Below, one piece after another: positions 37,869 through 48,450 of a stretch of DNA of 64,000 nucleotides. Made by a program: the position numbers and the translations under genes. The notes beneath the pieces were generated by a model. The model worked only from the letters and a program-made list of their open reading frames with translations. It was not told where the DNA came from and made no database searches. This DNA comes from Coraliomargarita sp. (GTDB taxonomy: Bacteria > Verrucomicrobiota > Verrucomicrobiia > Opitutales > Coraliomargaritaceae), in assembly GCA_965216325.1 (NCBI GenBank), contig OZ244160.1, positions 2,336,001 to 2,400,000 of the forward strand, in the 5' to 3' direction. How positions within the stretch are numbered: the first letter of the stretch is position 1; each line of letters starts with the position of its first letter.

Positions 37869-40748
37869 TTACTTTTTAGAGATTCTGATTGGATCGCCTT
37901 CGACGACGCACTGGATTTCCATCCAAGGCTTCGCATCGTTATCCGCAGTGACGGATACAGTATGCCAGCCGGTGCCGGCAGCTTCGCCGGATTTCTGAAC
38001 CTTGAGTTCTTCGATTCGGTTCCAGTTGTTGTCATAGACAGTGGCGGTGTTGCCTCCGGTGTATTGGAGATACTGGCCTGTTTGAATCGTGCCGAGGACT
38101 TTGATGCTTTGTGTCCCACAGTGGATGACCGGATTGACGAGTTGTGACGCCTGCTCCTTGAGCGCCTTGATGCCTTCGACGGTGACATTGGCATGGGTGG
38201 AGGCGGGAACTTTGCCAAAGCCGATCTTGAGTGTGGGGTTCTTTGTGTAGTCGGCATGCTTCCAGGTCGCCATGCGCCAGCCCCACAAGCCTTCGGCCCA
38301 AGCGGCTTCGCCGTGCGGAATTTCGATGTAGCGGCGGCCCTTAAAGTTGATTGGCACGACGTAATCGCGCTTCGGCAGTTGAAGAACGAGCAATGCGTTG
38401 GAGCCATCGCCATCGACCCACATGCCGAGCGAGCGGTTTGCGCTGAGGTCGAGGGCTTCCTGCCACTTCGGTAGCGTGGACGTTTGCCATGATGGAGTTG
38501 CTTCGTTGTTGCGGTAGCTGAGCATCAAGGCAGCACCTTCGTCGGTGGCGACTGTGTCTTTGAGGTCTTGCAGCGTGTCTGCCGCAGGGCTCAGCGCGAG
38601 GTTGGATGCGTCATCATAATCCGTAGCCCAGAGCATTCGGATGGTGAATTGTATCTCTTGCGGTGCGAATGGGTTTTCAAGTTCAAGCTTGTCGCCCGGT
38701 TTGATGAATTGCTTCGGCGCGATACTGCCGTGCTCTTGACCAATGCTCCATTTAACGTCGCGGTTTTTTTCCTTTCGAGTCATGACCTTAGTCGGGTAGA
38801 TCGCATAGGAATCTGCTTCCTCTTTAAGCACCTGCACGAGGTCGGATTGTGTGTGGTTGCCGCCGAGGACGATTTGATCATGGGATTTATCGTCGACACG
38901 CAGGATGGCTTTGCGCTGCTCGTCAGTCATCAAGTCTGCAGCTTTTTTCCATGTGGCGACCAGCTTGCAGATTTCTTGAGACAGGCCGTGTGTGCGGAGG
39001 TCTTCGATACTGACGCCACGGTCCTGAGTTTTGATGCCGTAAACGGCACTCTTGGTTGCGGCGACTTGGCTCAACTGAAAGTTGGCATCCATAATCGTCG
39101 TGGCCGGACGTGAGGGATGCTCCGGCATCAGTGCGACGTAGTATTGGTGGCCTTTGATCGGCCCCACGATTTCTTTGGTCGCGTTAAACTTGTATTCGAA
39201 ATTACTTTCGGGCGGGCGCTCTGCGCTACTGTCGGCCATCACAGGGTGCTCGAGTTTTTCGTAAACCTTGGCCGCGAACTTATTATAGCCCCAGCCGATG
39301 GAGCGGGAGGGTCCCTCGTAGCAGTGGATTTCGCCGCCGTCGAACTCGGTGTTCTTCACTCCGGTTTCGTTGATCAGATCCGCAAAGTTGTGGGCGATCT
39401 CATCCAGTAGGGTGGAGCTGTTGTCCGGCAGGAAGTTGTGACCATAAGTGTCGATTAACCCCGCGGCATCGGTGCCTTCTGTATGTGCTGCGGCCAAAGT
39501 GGTGTATTTGCCGCGCTCGCAGTCCTTGAGAATCCAAACGTTTTGGTCGCTTTCCTCGAAGGATCCGACTTTGATGATCTCGTCACCAATACGCATGTGC
39601 TTGAAGTCATGGAAGAAGTGCATTGCCGGTGGAAGGGCATCGAAATTGTGCACGTTCGCACGCGGGATTTGATAGGGCAGCTCAACGCCGTAGTTTGGCT
39701 TGAAGTGAATGGTTGTTTGCGACGCATCAATGTCGCCGACGATGGTGCCGCCACCCCAGCTTGCGAGACGGCGATCCGGCTTAGTGCCGATATACTTTGG
39801 GTCGTGGTAGCCGATGCCACCACTAACATAGTGGAACAGCAGGCGCATGCCACGCTGTTGGAGGTATTCCGAGAACTCGGTGACATCCTTACGGCCCTGT
39901 GGGAAGATGTCCAAGTTGATGCCTTCGTTGGTCGTGTCGTTTGGCCAATAGTCACCACGCCAGATCCAGGGCATGAGATAGATGCCTTTGAGGCCAGCGG
40001 CTTCGGCATACTTGGAGCCCTCGTAGAGGTCTTCGAGCGAGTCCGCTTCGAACATCATACGGCTTTGGTCTGAGTATTCCTCCAGCCACGCGCGCATCCA
40101 CTGTTGAGCCGCTTCGTAGTTCCACTCGCCTTCGACAGCCGGGTGGGGGAGATCGAGTTCGCCCCACATGTGTAGCAGGGTGTCGTCTTCGTCGTGAGCA
40201 TCGCTTGGGCAGTAGAGTGCAAAGCCTCCGAGTGGATCATCTGCGTAGCGATGGTAGAGGAAGGGGAAGTTGACTTGGATGCGACCTTTCAGGCGATCCA
40301 GATGAGGCACCATGAAGTCGAGGGCGAGTGCTTTGACATTGCCCGTGGTGTTCATCTCGAAATGAAGCGTGAGGGCGCTGGATTGAGGGATGCCTTTAAG
40401 GCGCTCAATATTCAGCCCGACATACTTTTCTCCTTCGGTGATTTTGAAGATGATCTGCTGTGTGCCGTTGTCGGACTCAACGACGAGTTGCCCCGGTTCG
40501 CGAATCTCAACAACAGGCAGGTCGATCACTGCCTTGCTGGCATTGGCCAGATAGAAGCCTTTGCCGGGGGACGCGACATTCAAAAGCTCGGTGCCATCGG
40601 ATAGTTCAAAGGATGCCGGCTTGCCGTCTGCGGCGAAGCGTAGCGTGAAGCGTTCGTTTTCGAGTAAGGCAGATGCGAATGATAGTTGAGCCAACAGAAT
40701 GCTCCCCATGCATGTCGCGATCATTTTCTTCAGTCTATATGTTTTCAT
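37869..40748 (-). CDS. Secreted hypothetical protein (959 aa), possible divergent glycoside hydrolase
   Basis: Signal peptide. FPQGRKDVTEFSEYLQQRGMRLLFH and FDGGE resemble GH clan-D TIM-barrel segments. Lies within a glycan-degradation locus. Confidence 0.5.
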   Translation of the reverse strand: MKTYRLKKMIATCMGSILLAQLSFASALLENERFTLRFAADGKPASFELSDGTELLNVASPGKGFYLANASKAVIDLPVVEIREPGQLVVESDNGTQQIIFKITEGEKYVGLNIERLKGIPQSSALTLHFEMNTTGNVKALALDFMVPHLDRLKGRIQVNFPFLYHRYADDPLGGFALYCPSDAHDEDDTLLHMWGELDLPHPAVEGEWNYEAAQQWMRAWLEEYSDQSRMMFEADSLEDLYEGSKYAEAAGLKGIYLMPWIWRGDYWPNDTTNEGINLDIFPQGRKDVTEFSEYLQQRGMRLLFHYVSGGIGYHDPKYIGTKPDRRLASWGGGTIVGDIDASQTTIHFKPNYGVELPYQIPRANVHNFDALPPAMHFFHDFKHMRIGDEIIKVGSFEESDQNVWILKDCERGKYTTLAAAHTEGTDAAGLIDTYGHNFLPDNSSTLLDEIAHNFADLINETGVKNTEFDGGEIHCYEGPSRSIGWGYNKFAAKVYEKLEHPVMADSSAERPPESNFEYKFNATKEIVGPIKGHQYYVALMPEHPSRPATTIMDANFQLSQVAATKSAVYGIKTQDRGVSIEDLRTHGLSQEICKLVATWKKAADLMTDEQRKAILRVDDKSHDQIVLGGNHTQSDLVQVLKEEADSYAIYPTKVMTRKEKNRDVKWSIGQEHGSIAPKQFIKPGDKLELENPFAPQEIQFTIRMLWATDYDDASNLALSPAADTLQDLKDTVATDEGAALMLSYRNNEATPSWQTSTLPKWQEALDLSANRSLGMWVDGDGSNALLVLQLPKRDYVVPINFKGRRYIEIPHGEAAWAEGLWGWRMATWKHADYTKNPTLKIGFGKVPASTHANVTVEGIKALKEQASQLVNPVIHCGTQSIKVLGTIQTGQYLQYTGGNTATVYDNNWNRIEELKVQKSGEAAGTGWHTVSVTADNDAKPWMEIQCVVEGDPIRISKK

Positions 40749-40799
40749 AGATGTTTAAATGTATGGATAATGTAGATGGATACTAAAGTGAATCGTTAA

Positions 40800-42641
40800 C
40801 TAGTTCAGATCGTAGCCCTCTTGTTCGAGGTCGTCGCAGTGCTCCAGTTTGCTGTATAATTTAAAATAGGTGATGAATCCTGCTGCTGAAATGACGAGCA
40901 GCACCGCGCTCGTGCCCCATTGACAGGCGACGAGGTAGCCGATCGAAAAGAGCAGGACGAATAAACCGATCACGCCTGAAGCCCATGCCAATAGGATCAT
41001 GCTCAGTGGTGAAGGCTTTGGTAGATCGCCCTCGGCTTCGCAGAGTTTGCGGATTCGGTTCCAGCCCGGACCTGGTGGGATGGTGTGCTTGTAGAACTTC
41101 TTGAGCGTTTCGTCGTCTGCGGGCTTTGTCAGTAGAGTGACGATCACCCAGATGATGGTGGTAGCGACGAGCACGAGCACCATTTTGTGGCCGAAGAAGA
41201 CGAACCAGTTGTGGTCCGGGATCGCTTCGTTGGGCTCCCAGATGTGCAGCTTCGGAACCAGTATGAAGTCGATGAACAAGGCGACAATGATCGAGCCGAC
41301 CATGGCTGCGATTTCGGACCAGATGTTGGTGCGTGACCAAAGCCAGCGGAACACGAAGACCAGCACACCGCCGATCAGATAGAGTGGCATGCGCAGCAGG
41401 ATTTGGGTGATGCTATCAAATTGAAAGGCGAACCAGACGCCGAAGATCGCGAGTCCCAGCGAGAAGGCGCGTGATGCCCAGACATAGTGATGCTTACTGG
41501 CATCTTTGACTAAGAAGCGCTGGTAGAGGTCGTTCATCATTAGAGATGAGCCCCAGTTAAGGATGGTCGAGATGGTAGACATGAATGCGGCGATCATCGC
41601 TGCAGCCATGATGCCGAGCATCCCCACTGGCATGAGCTCCACGATCATTGCGGGATAGGTGCCGTCATAGTTTTCCAGGCCTGCAATCTGATTGGTTGGG
41701 CCAAGAATGATGAGTGATGCCAGTCCGGTAATGATCCATGGCCAACCATTCAGAACATAATAACAGAAGCCGAACCACATGAGCGAGAGCGATGCGTTCT
41801 TCTCATCCTTCGATGCGTAAACGCGTTGCCCCATGAAGCCACCGGATGTGGAGAGCTCGACACTGTAGATGAGTAGCCAGCCAAAGATCAGCATCCAGCT
41901 AAAGTTCGGGTTCCATGCGGATGGATCCGGGATGACTCGCATGGCATTGCCACTCCACTCGGGGATGGCCATCAACTGCTCCCGCATCGCGAGCAAGCCG
42001 CCGCACTCGTTGACCGCGACCACGGCAAGGTAGATCGTGCCGAAGGTTGCGACGAAATATTGAATGAAATCAGTCGCGACGACGCCCCATAAGCCCGAGC
42101 TGATGGAGTAGATCAAGACGATGCCCATGAAAATCATGGTGCCAGTGGTCCGATCGATGCCGAAGAGTGATTCTAAAATGACACCCATGGCGAGAGTGAC
42201 CCAACCTAAGGTGACGGCTGCTTTAAAGACGCCACCGTAAACTGCGTTGAAGCCGCGAAAGATCTTTGCCGCCTTGCCGGAGTAACGCATCTCCAGCAGT
42301 TCGATTTCGGTGACGACGCGCGCTCTGCGCCAGAGGCGGGCAAATAAGACCGCGGCCATGACGACCCCGAATCCGGGAATGAAAAACAGCCAGCCGGCAT
42401 CCAGGCCGAACTGCCGGACATTTCCTGTGTGGAACAGTGGCGTGTCGGCTGCGAACATCGTCGCAACGATCGAGGTGCCTGCGATCCACCATGGCAATTT
42501 TCGTCCAGCAAGGAAGTAATCGTCTGTGCTGCCGCTGGCTCTTTTCACAAAGAACAGCCCCACGGCAATACAGACTACAAAGTAAATGAGCACCACGATC
42601 CAGTCGATCAGGTGCAGGTTGCCAAAGCTAACATCAGGCAT
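40800..42641 (-). CDS. Sodium:solute symporter (SSS) family protein
   Basis: DYFLAGRKLPWW, S.VAT.FAADTP, GLWGVVATDFIQ and AAFMSTI..LNWGSS..MND motifs; many TM segments. Confidence 0.92.
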   Translation of the reverse strand: MPDVSFGNLHLIDWIVVLIYFVVCIAVGLFFVKRASGSTDDYFLAGRKLPWWIAGTSIVATMFAADTPLFHTGNVRQFGLDAGWLFFIPGFGVVMAAVLFARLWRRARVVTEIELLEMRYSGKAAKIFRGFNAVYGGVFKAAVTLGWVTLAMGVILESLFGIDRTTGTMIFMGIVLIYSISSGLWGVVATDFIQYFVATFGTIYLAVVAVNECGGLLAMREQLMAIPEWSGNAMRVIPDPSAWNPNFSWMLIFGWLLIYSVELSTSGGFMGQRVYASKDEKNASLSLMWFGFCYYVLNGWPWIITGLASLIILGPTNQIAGLENYDGTYPAMIVELMPVGMLGIMAAAMIAAFMSTISTILNWGSSLMMNDLYQRFLVKDASKHHYVWASRAFSLGLAIFGVWFAFQFDSITQILLRMPLYLIGGVLVFVFRWLWSRTNIWSEIAAMVGSIIVALFIDFILVPKLHIWEPNEAIPDHNWFVFFGHKMVLVLVATTIIWVIVTLLTKPADDETLKKFYKHTIPPGPGWNRIRKLCEAEGDLPKPSPLSMILLAWASGVIGLFVLLFSIGYLVACQWGTSAVLLVISAAGFITYFKLYSKLEHCDDLEQEGYDLN

Positions 42642-44640
42642 TCGTATTTGTCTCCTTATTTTCTAGTAATTCAAACCATGTGGCGTCAAAGGCAGGAACC
42701 GAGATTGGCAGCATGCCATTGGTCATCGTTCCTGTTTCGCCGGACTCGGCCTTGTAGTTCCATGTGGATTCCGCGGCATTGAAACTGTGCAGTATTAAGT
42801 GACACACGCGTTGCTGAGCATGGTCTGTAGGATTGAAGGCAACGACGAGGGCTCGTTTAATTGGCTCCCCATCGAGCACATGCACGACTGCATCGATCTG
42901 TTTGCCATCAGGCTCATAGATGTGCAGCATGTAGCCGTTTTTAAAATAGTCTCGATGTGCTTTCCAAAAGTTGAGCCAGCGTTGTACCGCAGCCTTGCTC
43001 TTGGGCCCTTCAAAGGGGACGCGGCAGAAGGGCTTTCCTTCGAATCCATAGCCATACACGTTGGCAAGATAAGCGTTATACTCTGGCGCATGCGCTTCCA
43101 TCGGCACGAGTAGATCCGGAGCAGCTTCGTCGGGGCTCCATGCCACGACGGGAAGGACTGTTGTTGCCTGCTCGGGGCGATAGACCTTGGTGAAGTGATA
43201 AGCGGCTTTTCGATTGGATAGAATCTGTTGGCGGATCGACTTATCTCCGAAGTCGCCCTCTTCGTAACCAGTTGTGGTGATGCGGCTCATGCCATGTGCG
43301 AACGCCTGGAAGCCTTGTGCGGCTTCACCATGGACGCCGGCCTGATGCATCGTCCGATAAAAAGACTTCTGATGTTCCCACGACAGCACTTGGTTCGGTC
43401 CGCCGGGTTTAACGGGGCGATTCTCTGCAACGGAGATGTCTCCGTAGTAGGGGCCGTCTAAATGCCAAGTGTCGAAGCCTCCTTGTTGGATCGCTTCGGG
43501 AAGCTTGCGGTTGACGACTTTGCCCCATCCGGATGCGGGGTCGAGAGTTGTTCCCCAGCGGCTACTGTCGTCATCATCGGCCCAGATTAGCTCCCAGTCG
43601 TGCTCTGTGTAGGCTTTCGGTGTGCTCGCGCCTTCCTCCATCCATGTGTTTACATAGATGGAGTAAAACGAAATTTTAAGGCCCTTTGAGTGCGCGTAGT
43701 CCGTCAGTTTTCTAACATCATCCCAGCCGTTGGGGAAGAGCTCCGTGCGCAACTCATAGTCGCTGTAGTTGGTGAACAAAGGAGAGGTCAGGACGCCTTT
43801 GATCCAGCCGTGGTTGAGATGAACCAGTTCAAACCCAGCCTCGGCGATCCGGTCGATTCCCCGGTAATACTCATTCACATCGTCGGCAGGTGCGAGGCTG
43901 CAACCCAGTGACTGCGCACGTGTCCATGGGAAGATGCTGCGTGTTGCTTTTCGAATCGCCAAGCCCGCTGCTTCGGGTGTGGTATTGGGAACCACAAACT
44001 CATACACTTTGAAGGATTCAAAGCGCGATCCAGTGTCGAGCGTCCAGTCCATCTCGACGGGGTAGGAGAAGGTCACCTCGTCTTCAAAGGAATTGAGGAA
44101 GGCTTCGATGTAGTGCTTGTGTCCTTCGATCCATGGGCTGTAAACGCGCTTGCCGTTCACCTTGATGGCATCTCGAACGTAATCGTCTTCGAGTAGTAAC
44201 TTGTGGCTGTTATCTTGTAGAGGCTTGATTGTCTCGACTTGGATGTGGTCGATGCGGATTGGCTTCGGCCCCTCGTTGCGCACGACGATCTGTTTGGTTA
44301 ATACTGGCGCGCTGTCGTATGCCAGATATATCAGCTGAATGGAAACGCCCGGGAGTCGGGGTTGTTCGGCACAAGTAATGACTAACTGCTGTCCTTCCGG
44401 GACTTGTTGTGTCGTGGCTGTGCAAACAGGAAAGCCTGCGGTATCCATAGTTCCGATACGATAGTCATCTCCGTTGATGGTGATGAATGCAGTATCGTCA
44501 ATGGATGTGTCTGCTACTGGCTCATTCGTCGGTCCAGCTGTGAAATGGAGGCTGCGTAGTGTGCCGCTGTCCCAACCCAGGACACGCTTAAGGTGCCTGG
44601 TTGCAAGGCTTGCTGTGTGTTCTGTCGTTGCAGTCTTCAT
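42634..44640 (-). CDS. Putative GH36-like (clan GH-D) glycoside hydrolase, no signal peptide
   Basis: GFELVHLNHGW, FPNGWDDVRKLTDYAHSKGLKISFY and WHLDG resemble alpha-galactosidase barrels. Confidence 0.6.
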   Translation of the reverse strand: MKTATTEHTASLATRHLKRVLGWDSGTLRSLHFTAGPTNEPVADTSIDDTAFITINGDDYRIGTMDTAGFPVCTATTQQVPEGQQLVITCAEQPRLPGVSIQLIYLAYDSAPVLTKQIVVRNEGPKPIRIDHIQVETIKPLQDNSHKLLLEDDYVRDAIKVNGKRVYSPWIEGHKHYIEAFLNSFEDEVTFSYPVEMDWTLDTGSRFESFKVYEFVVPNTTPEAAGLAIRKATRSIFPWTRAQSLGCSLAPADDVNEYYRGIDRIAEAGFELVHLNHGWIKGVLTSPLFTNYSDYELRTELFPNGWDDVRKLTDYAHSKGLKISFYSIYVNTWMEEGASTPKAYTEHDWELIWADDDDSSRWGTTLDPASGWGKVVNRKLPEAIQQGGFDTWHLDGPYYGDISVAENRPVKPGGPNQVLSWEHQKSFYRTMHQAGVHGEAAQGFQAFAHGMSRITTTGYEEGDFGDKSIRQQILSNRKAAYHFTKVYRPEQATTVLPVVAWSPDEAAPDLLVPMEAHAPEYNAYLANVYGYGFEGKPFCRVPFEGPKSKAAVQRWLNFWKAHRDYFKNGYMLHIYEPDGKQIDAVVHVLDGEPIKRALVVAFNPTDHAQQRVCHLILHSFNAAESTWNYKAESGETGTMTNGMLPISVPAFDATWFELLENKETNTNA

Positions 44641-44646
44641 TGCAGG

Positions 44647-46893
44647 CTAGAAGCGAGGGTCTGTCGGGAAGCGGTTGATGAGTGGATGCTTGGACTGGGG
44701 GGCATCTGTGTTGCGAATTGCACGACGAAGCTTGCGTATGACGTCGCAGTAGGCCTCGTCGGAAAGATCCTGTGCAGAATAGGTGACCTCAGCAGCATGG
44801 ATGGCGGTGAGTAATTGTGAAGCGTCGGTGCAGGAGCTGGCGGCTTGCTTGCCCAGTTGTATGAGTGCATACAAGCCGGGGCGGAAGGCGAAGCCGTTTG
44901 CAAGCAGTGTTGAGTCCAGAACATGGTGGCCGACATCGGTGACGGCTGGCATCGGCTCTGAAGTAATCAGAAAACCATTGCTGTCGATCATACTGAAGGC
45001 TGCATAGGCTGCACCAGGAGGCATTGTCGCTTCGACGCGACCGTTTTGGATGGTTGCCGCCGCCGGTAGCCACTCTTCACGATGGCCTTTGAGGGTATCC
45101 ATCTGCGGCGGGTTGAGGGTATAGAGCAATTGGGCTTCGGCGATCTTTGCCTTGTCGGCACCGCTTTCTATTGTCACCCACACCTGATCTTTTTCGGAGC
45201 CAAATTCGAGAATGGCGGGCACTTGGGCTCGCTGTGCCGGGTCGATAAATTTTCCGGTGATGTTTTGATGGGGTGAGGGCGCATTGGCCGCTGCAAGTTG
45301 TTCTTCCAATTCTGCGAGCAGCTGATTCGTTAGCTCCGGAAACTGTAGGCTTAGGTCTTGTGTCTCGCCGAGATCTTTGGGCTCCCCGTCTTGATATAGG
45401 CGGAACAGCTGAGTGGCTTTTTTATCATCGGGCTTACCCCATGCACCGTAGCTGTGCACCAGTTTCCAGTCGCCTTTACGAATTGCAGAGGACATGTGTG
45501 CATCCCAAGGAAAATACCAAAAGAGCGATTCACGCACAGAGCCATCGGCGAAGACGACTTGTTCGGCATCGCCGTGGAAGAGCGGCAGCAAGTTGCCGCC
45601 ATCCAGTTCGAGACTTGGATCTGGATCCAGCCCGGCAAGCTCCATAAAGGTGGGAAACAAGTCGATCAGGTTAATTGGTGTTTCGCATGTCGATCCTGCT
45701 TCGACATTTGGCCCACGAACTAAGAAGGGGATGCGAATACCGCCTTCCCAGGTGTTCTGTTTACCACCCTTGAGTGGATTGTTTTCGGTGAAGCGAGCCA
45801 TGCCGCCGTTATCCGAGGAGAGGATGAGGTAAGTATTGTCGATGAGCTTGTGACCGGGATTGCGTGGGTCATCGGTTGCTTCGAGATAGCGCACGATGTC
45901 GCCGACCATCCAGTCGAGTTCATCGACCATACTCGCGTAATAGGGGTCGCTGTGGCCCGGCTGATCGTAGTAGGTTTTCTGTGGGTCTGATGGGAATTCG
46001 AGTCCCAACTTGTTTGCGTAGTGCTCCAGTCTTTCGCGGTTTCGCGTTTGGATCGGGCCGTGGACGTAGTAGGGGCAGTAGTTCAGGAAGAAGGGCTTGG
46101 CCTTGCTCTGCTCCATAAATCCGAGGGCGAGATCGTGTGGTTTGTCGAAGGGGCGGCCTTCTGCATTGAGCTGGTAAGGGTCGGTCGGGGCATCCGTTGC
46201 AAAGTCGGCCAGTCGATTCGGCTCCATGCGTGCCCAAGTGCCGAAGAACTGGTTTTTCGTGCCTTCATCCGCAGGCCAAAGCTCCGGATCGTTGTAGTAG
46301 CGATGACGCCCGTCTTTTTCTGTGAAGCCGAAATCGAAACCCTGATCGAGCGGAAAGGGGTAACCTGCGGATTTACCACCGGCATGCCATTTGCCAACAT
46401 GTCCTGAGAGGTATCCTGCTTTGGATAGCACTTCGGGAATCATCGGTTCTTCGACGGGGAGGCCATAGAGGTAGTAGGGGGCGACTCGATTGCTCTCAGG
46501 GTGCCAAGGGCGTGGAATACGCCCCCCTGAAACGTGATAGACGCCTGTGTTGACAACATGTTGACCACGTAGATACGCCACACGTGAAGGGGCGCAGCTG
46601 GGAGCGGGGGAATAGGCTTGCGTGAAGCGGCGGCCATTCTGTGTGAGTTGGTCCATGTGCGGCGTCTCATAGACAGGCTCGTCATCGAGCTTGTGGCTCG
46701 CGATATCCTGCCAACCAAGGTCGTCGACAAATATGTGGACGATATTTGGTTTCGACGAGCTCACCACAGGTGGCTTCGACGAGCCGAGTGCAGTTGAGAG
46801 GAGCGCACACAGCCCGATAGTAGTGGAGATCAATGTTTTAAAGGTGTTCACGATTGGATGCGTAGCTGCGTAGATCTGCTTATTGGGATGCAT
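44647..46893 (-). CDS. S1 sulfatase with C-terminal extension
   Basis: PNIVHIFVDDLGW, CAPSR, GKWH, VHGP, SSDNGG and WEGGIRIP motifs; about 200 additional C-terminal residues. Confidence 0.93.
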   Translation of the reverse strand: MHPNKQIYAATHPIVNTFKTLISTTIGLCALLSTALGSSKPPVVSSSKPNIVHIFVDDLGWQDIASHKLDDEPVYETPHMDQLTQNGRRFTQAYSPAPSCAPSRVAYLRGQHVVNTGVYHVSGGRIPRPWHPESNRVAPYYLYGLPVEEPMIPEVLSKAGYLSGHVGKWHAGGKSAGYPFPLDQGFDFGFTEKDGRHRYYNDPELWPADEGTKNQFFGTWARMEPNRLADFATDAPTDPYQLNAEGRPFDKPHDLALGFMEQSKAKPFFLNYCPYYVHGPIQTRNRERLEHYANKLGLEFPSDPQKTYYDQPGHSDPYYASMVDELDWMVGDIVRYLEATDDPRNPGHKLIDNTYLILSSDNGGMARFTENNPLKGGKQNTWEGGIRIPFLVRGPNVEAGSTCETPINLIDLFPTFMELAGLDPDPSLELDGGNLLPLFHGDAEQVVFADGSVRESLFWYFPWDAHMSSAIRKGDWKLVHSYGAWGKPDDKKATQLFRLYQDGEPKDLGETQDLSLQFPELTNQLLAELEEQLAAANAPSPHQNITGKFIDPAQRAQVPAILEFGSEKDQVWVTIESGADKAKIAEAQLLYTLNPPQMDTLKGHREEWLPAAATIQNGRVEATMPPGAAYAAFSMIDSNGFLITSEPMPAVTDVGHHVLDSTLLANGFAFRPGLYALIQLGKQAASSCTDASQLLTAIHAAEVTYSAQDLSDEAYCDVIRKLRRAIRNTDAPQSKHPLINRFPTDPRF

Positions 46894-47019
46894 CAGACTA
46901 CCTCAATCCAATCGGCAGTGCATCACTCGTTTGAGTGATGTTCACGAGGTGCTGGCGCAGCATCGCACATATGAGGGATGTCGGCAGAGGGGGGCTATGC
47001 TAAGCTTGATTGCTTGAAA

Positions 47020-48450
47020 ATGATGTCTCGGAGATTTTTAAAGTTCTTGCTAACAAGGAGCTCGGCTAGCCTGCGTTGCTTCGGCGTCTGCGTGTTGCTA
47101 GCTGCTGGGCTTCAGGCGGCGGATGGGCGTTTGCCTACTGCGATGCAGCCACAGCGGCCGGCCGAGTGGTGGCATCAGCGGCATCTGGAGAAAGTGCAGG
47201 AGGCTCGCGCGGCTGATTATGATATCGTGCTGATTGGCGATTCGATCACCCAGTATGCAGAGCGAGACCCACTCTATGGCTATTATTTTGGCAACCGAAA
47301 GGTGCTGAACCTGGGGTTTGGTGGGGATCAACCCCAGCATGTTTTGTGGCGCTTGCGCAATGGGGAGCTGGAGGGTGTGCAGCCCAAACTGGTCTCCCTG
47401 ATGATTGGCACGAACAGCGCTAAGCGTGAAAGTGCCGAGGCAATTGTTGCCGGGATTGAGGCAGTGCTGGATGAATTGGAGGTTCGGGTGCCGGATGCTC
47501 AGGTGGTTCTGTTCTCGGTGTTTCCACGCAAGGCAGGCAAAGAGCAGACCACGCTGGAAGCGGTGAACCGAGAGCTGGCTCAATTTGCTGAGCGCGAGCA
47601 GGTCACTCTTGTGGATATCAACACGCAGTTCTATTTAGACAACGGCGAGCTGAATGCCGAACTTTACCATACGGACTTACTGCATCTCAGCACTGGCGGC
47701 TATCAGGTCTGGTGGGCTGCCTTGGAGCCATACATTTCTGAAGTGCTTAATGAGCCTGCGCTACCTGCGAATCCCCATCGGGCGGTGCAGTCGGCCTTGC
47801 GTGATGGACCTCGGCATCAGCAGAAATTACTCGAAGCTGCGAAGGGTGATTATGATCTGGTTTTCGTAGGTGACTCGATTACCCATTTCTGGGAGCGCGA
47901 TGGGGAGTTTGGACTTCCGGTGTGGGAGCGCTATTACGGGCATCGAAAGGCGCTGAATTTAGGCTTCGGAGGCGACCGAACCGAGTGGGTGAATTGGCGT
48001 CTGCAAAATGGTGAGATCGAAGGGCTTGATCCCAAAGTCGTGGTGCTGATGATCGGCACTAATAATACACATATTGGGGAGGATGCTCCTGAGGAAACAC
48101 TCGCGGGGATTTCCAGTAATTTGAAAACGATTCGCTCGCATCTGCCGAATAGCAAGGTTTTGCTCTTGTCGATTTTCCCACGCGGAGAGAGTCTAGAGGA
48201 TCCACTTCGTCAACTCAATGAGCAGGTGAATGCAGGCTTGCCCGAATTGGCAGCGGCGGATCCAGCGGTGATCCATTTGGATATCAACGATCATTTTCTC
48301 GATGAAGATGGGCGTTTGTCGCGTGAGATTATGCCCGATTTGTTGCATCCCAATACGCAAGGCTATGCTGTTTGGGCTGCGGCGATGGAGCCTGTGTTGA
48401 GTCAGATGCTCGATGATCAAATGATCGCAGTTGCGACCCCTTCTTTATGA
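47020..48450 (+). CDS. Tandem double SGNH/GDSL esterase (PAF-acetylhydrolase-like)
   Basis: Two copies of GDSIT, NLGFGGD, MIGTN and DLLH. Start uncertain (46978 or 47020). Confidence 0.88.
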   Translation: MMSRRFLKFLLTRSSASLRCFGVCVLLAAGLQAADGRLPTAMQPQRPAEWWHQRHLEKVQEARAADYDIVLIGDSITQYAERDPLYGYYFGNRKVLNLGFGGDQPQHVLWRLRNGELEGVQPKLVSLMIGTNSAKRESAEAIVAGIEAVLDELEVRVPDAQVVLFSVFPRKAGKEQTTLEAVNRELAQFAEREQVTLVDINTQFYLDNGELNAELYHTDLLHLSTGGYQVWWAALEPYISEVLNEPALPANPHRAVQSALRDGPRHQQKLLEAAKGDYDLVFVGDSITHFWERDGEFGLPVWERYYGHRKALNLGFGGDRTEWVNWRLQNGEIEGLDPKVVVLMIGTNNTHIGEDAPEETLAGISSNLKTIRSHLPNSKVLLLSIFPRGESLEDPLRQLNEQVNAGLPELAAADPAVIHLDINDHFLDEDGRLSREIMPDLLHPNTQGYAVWAAAMEPVLSQMLDDQMIAVATPSL

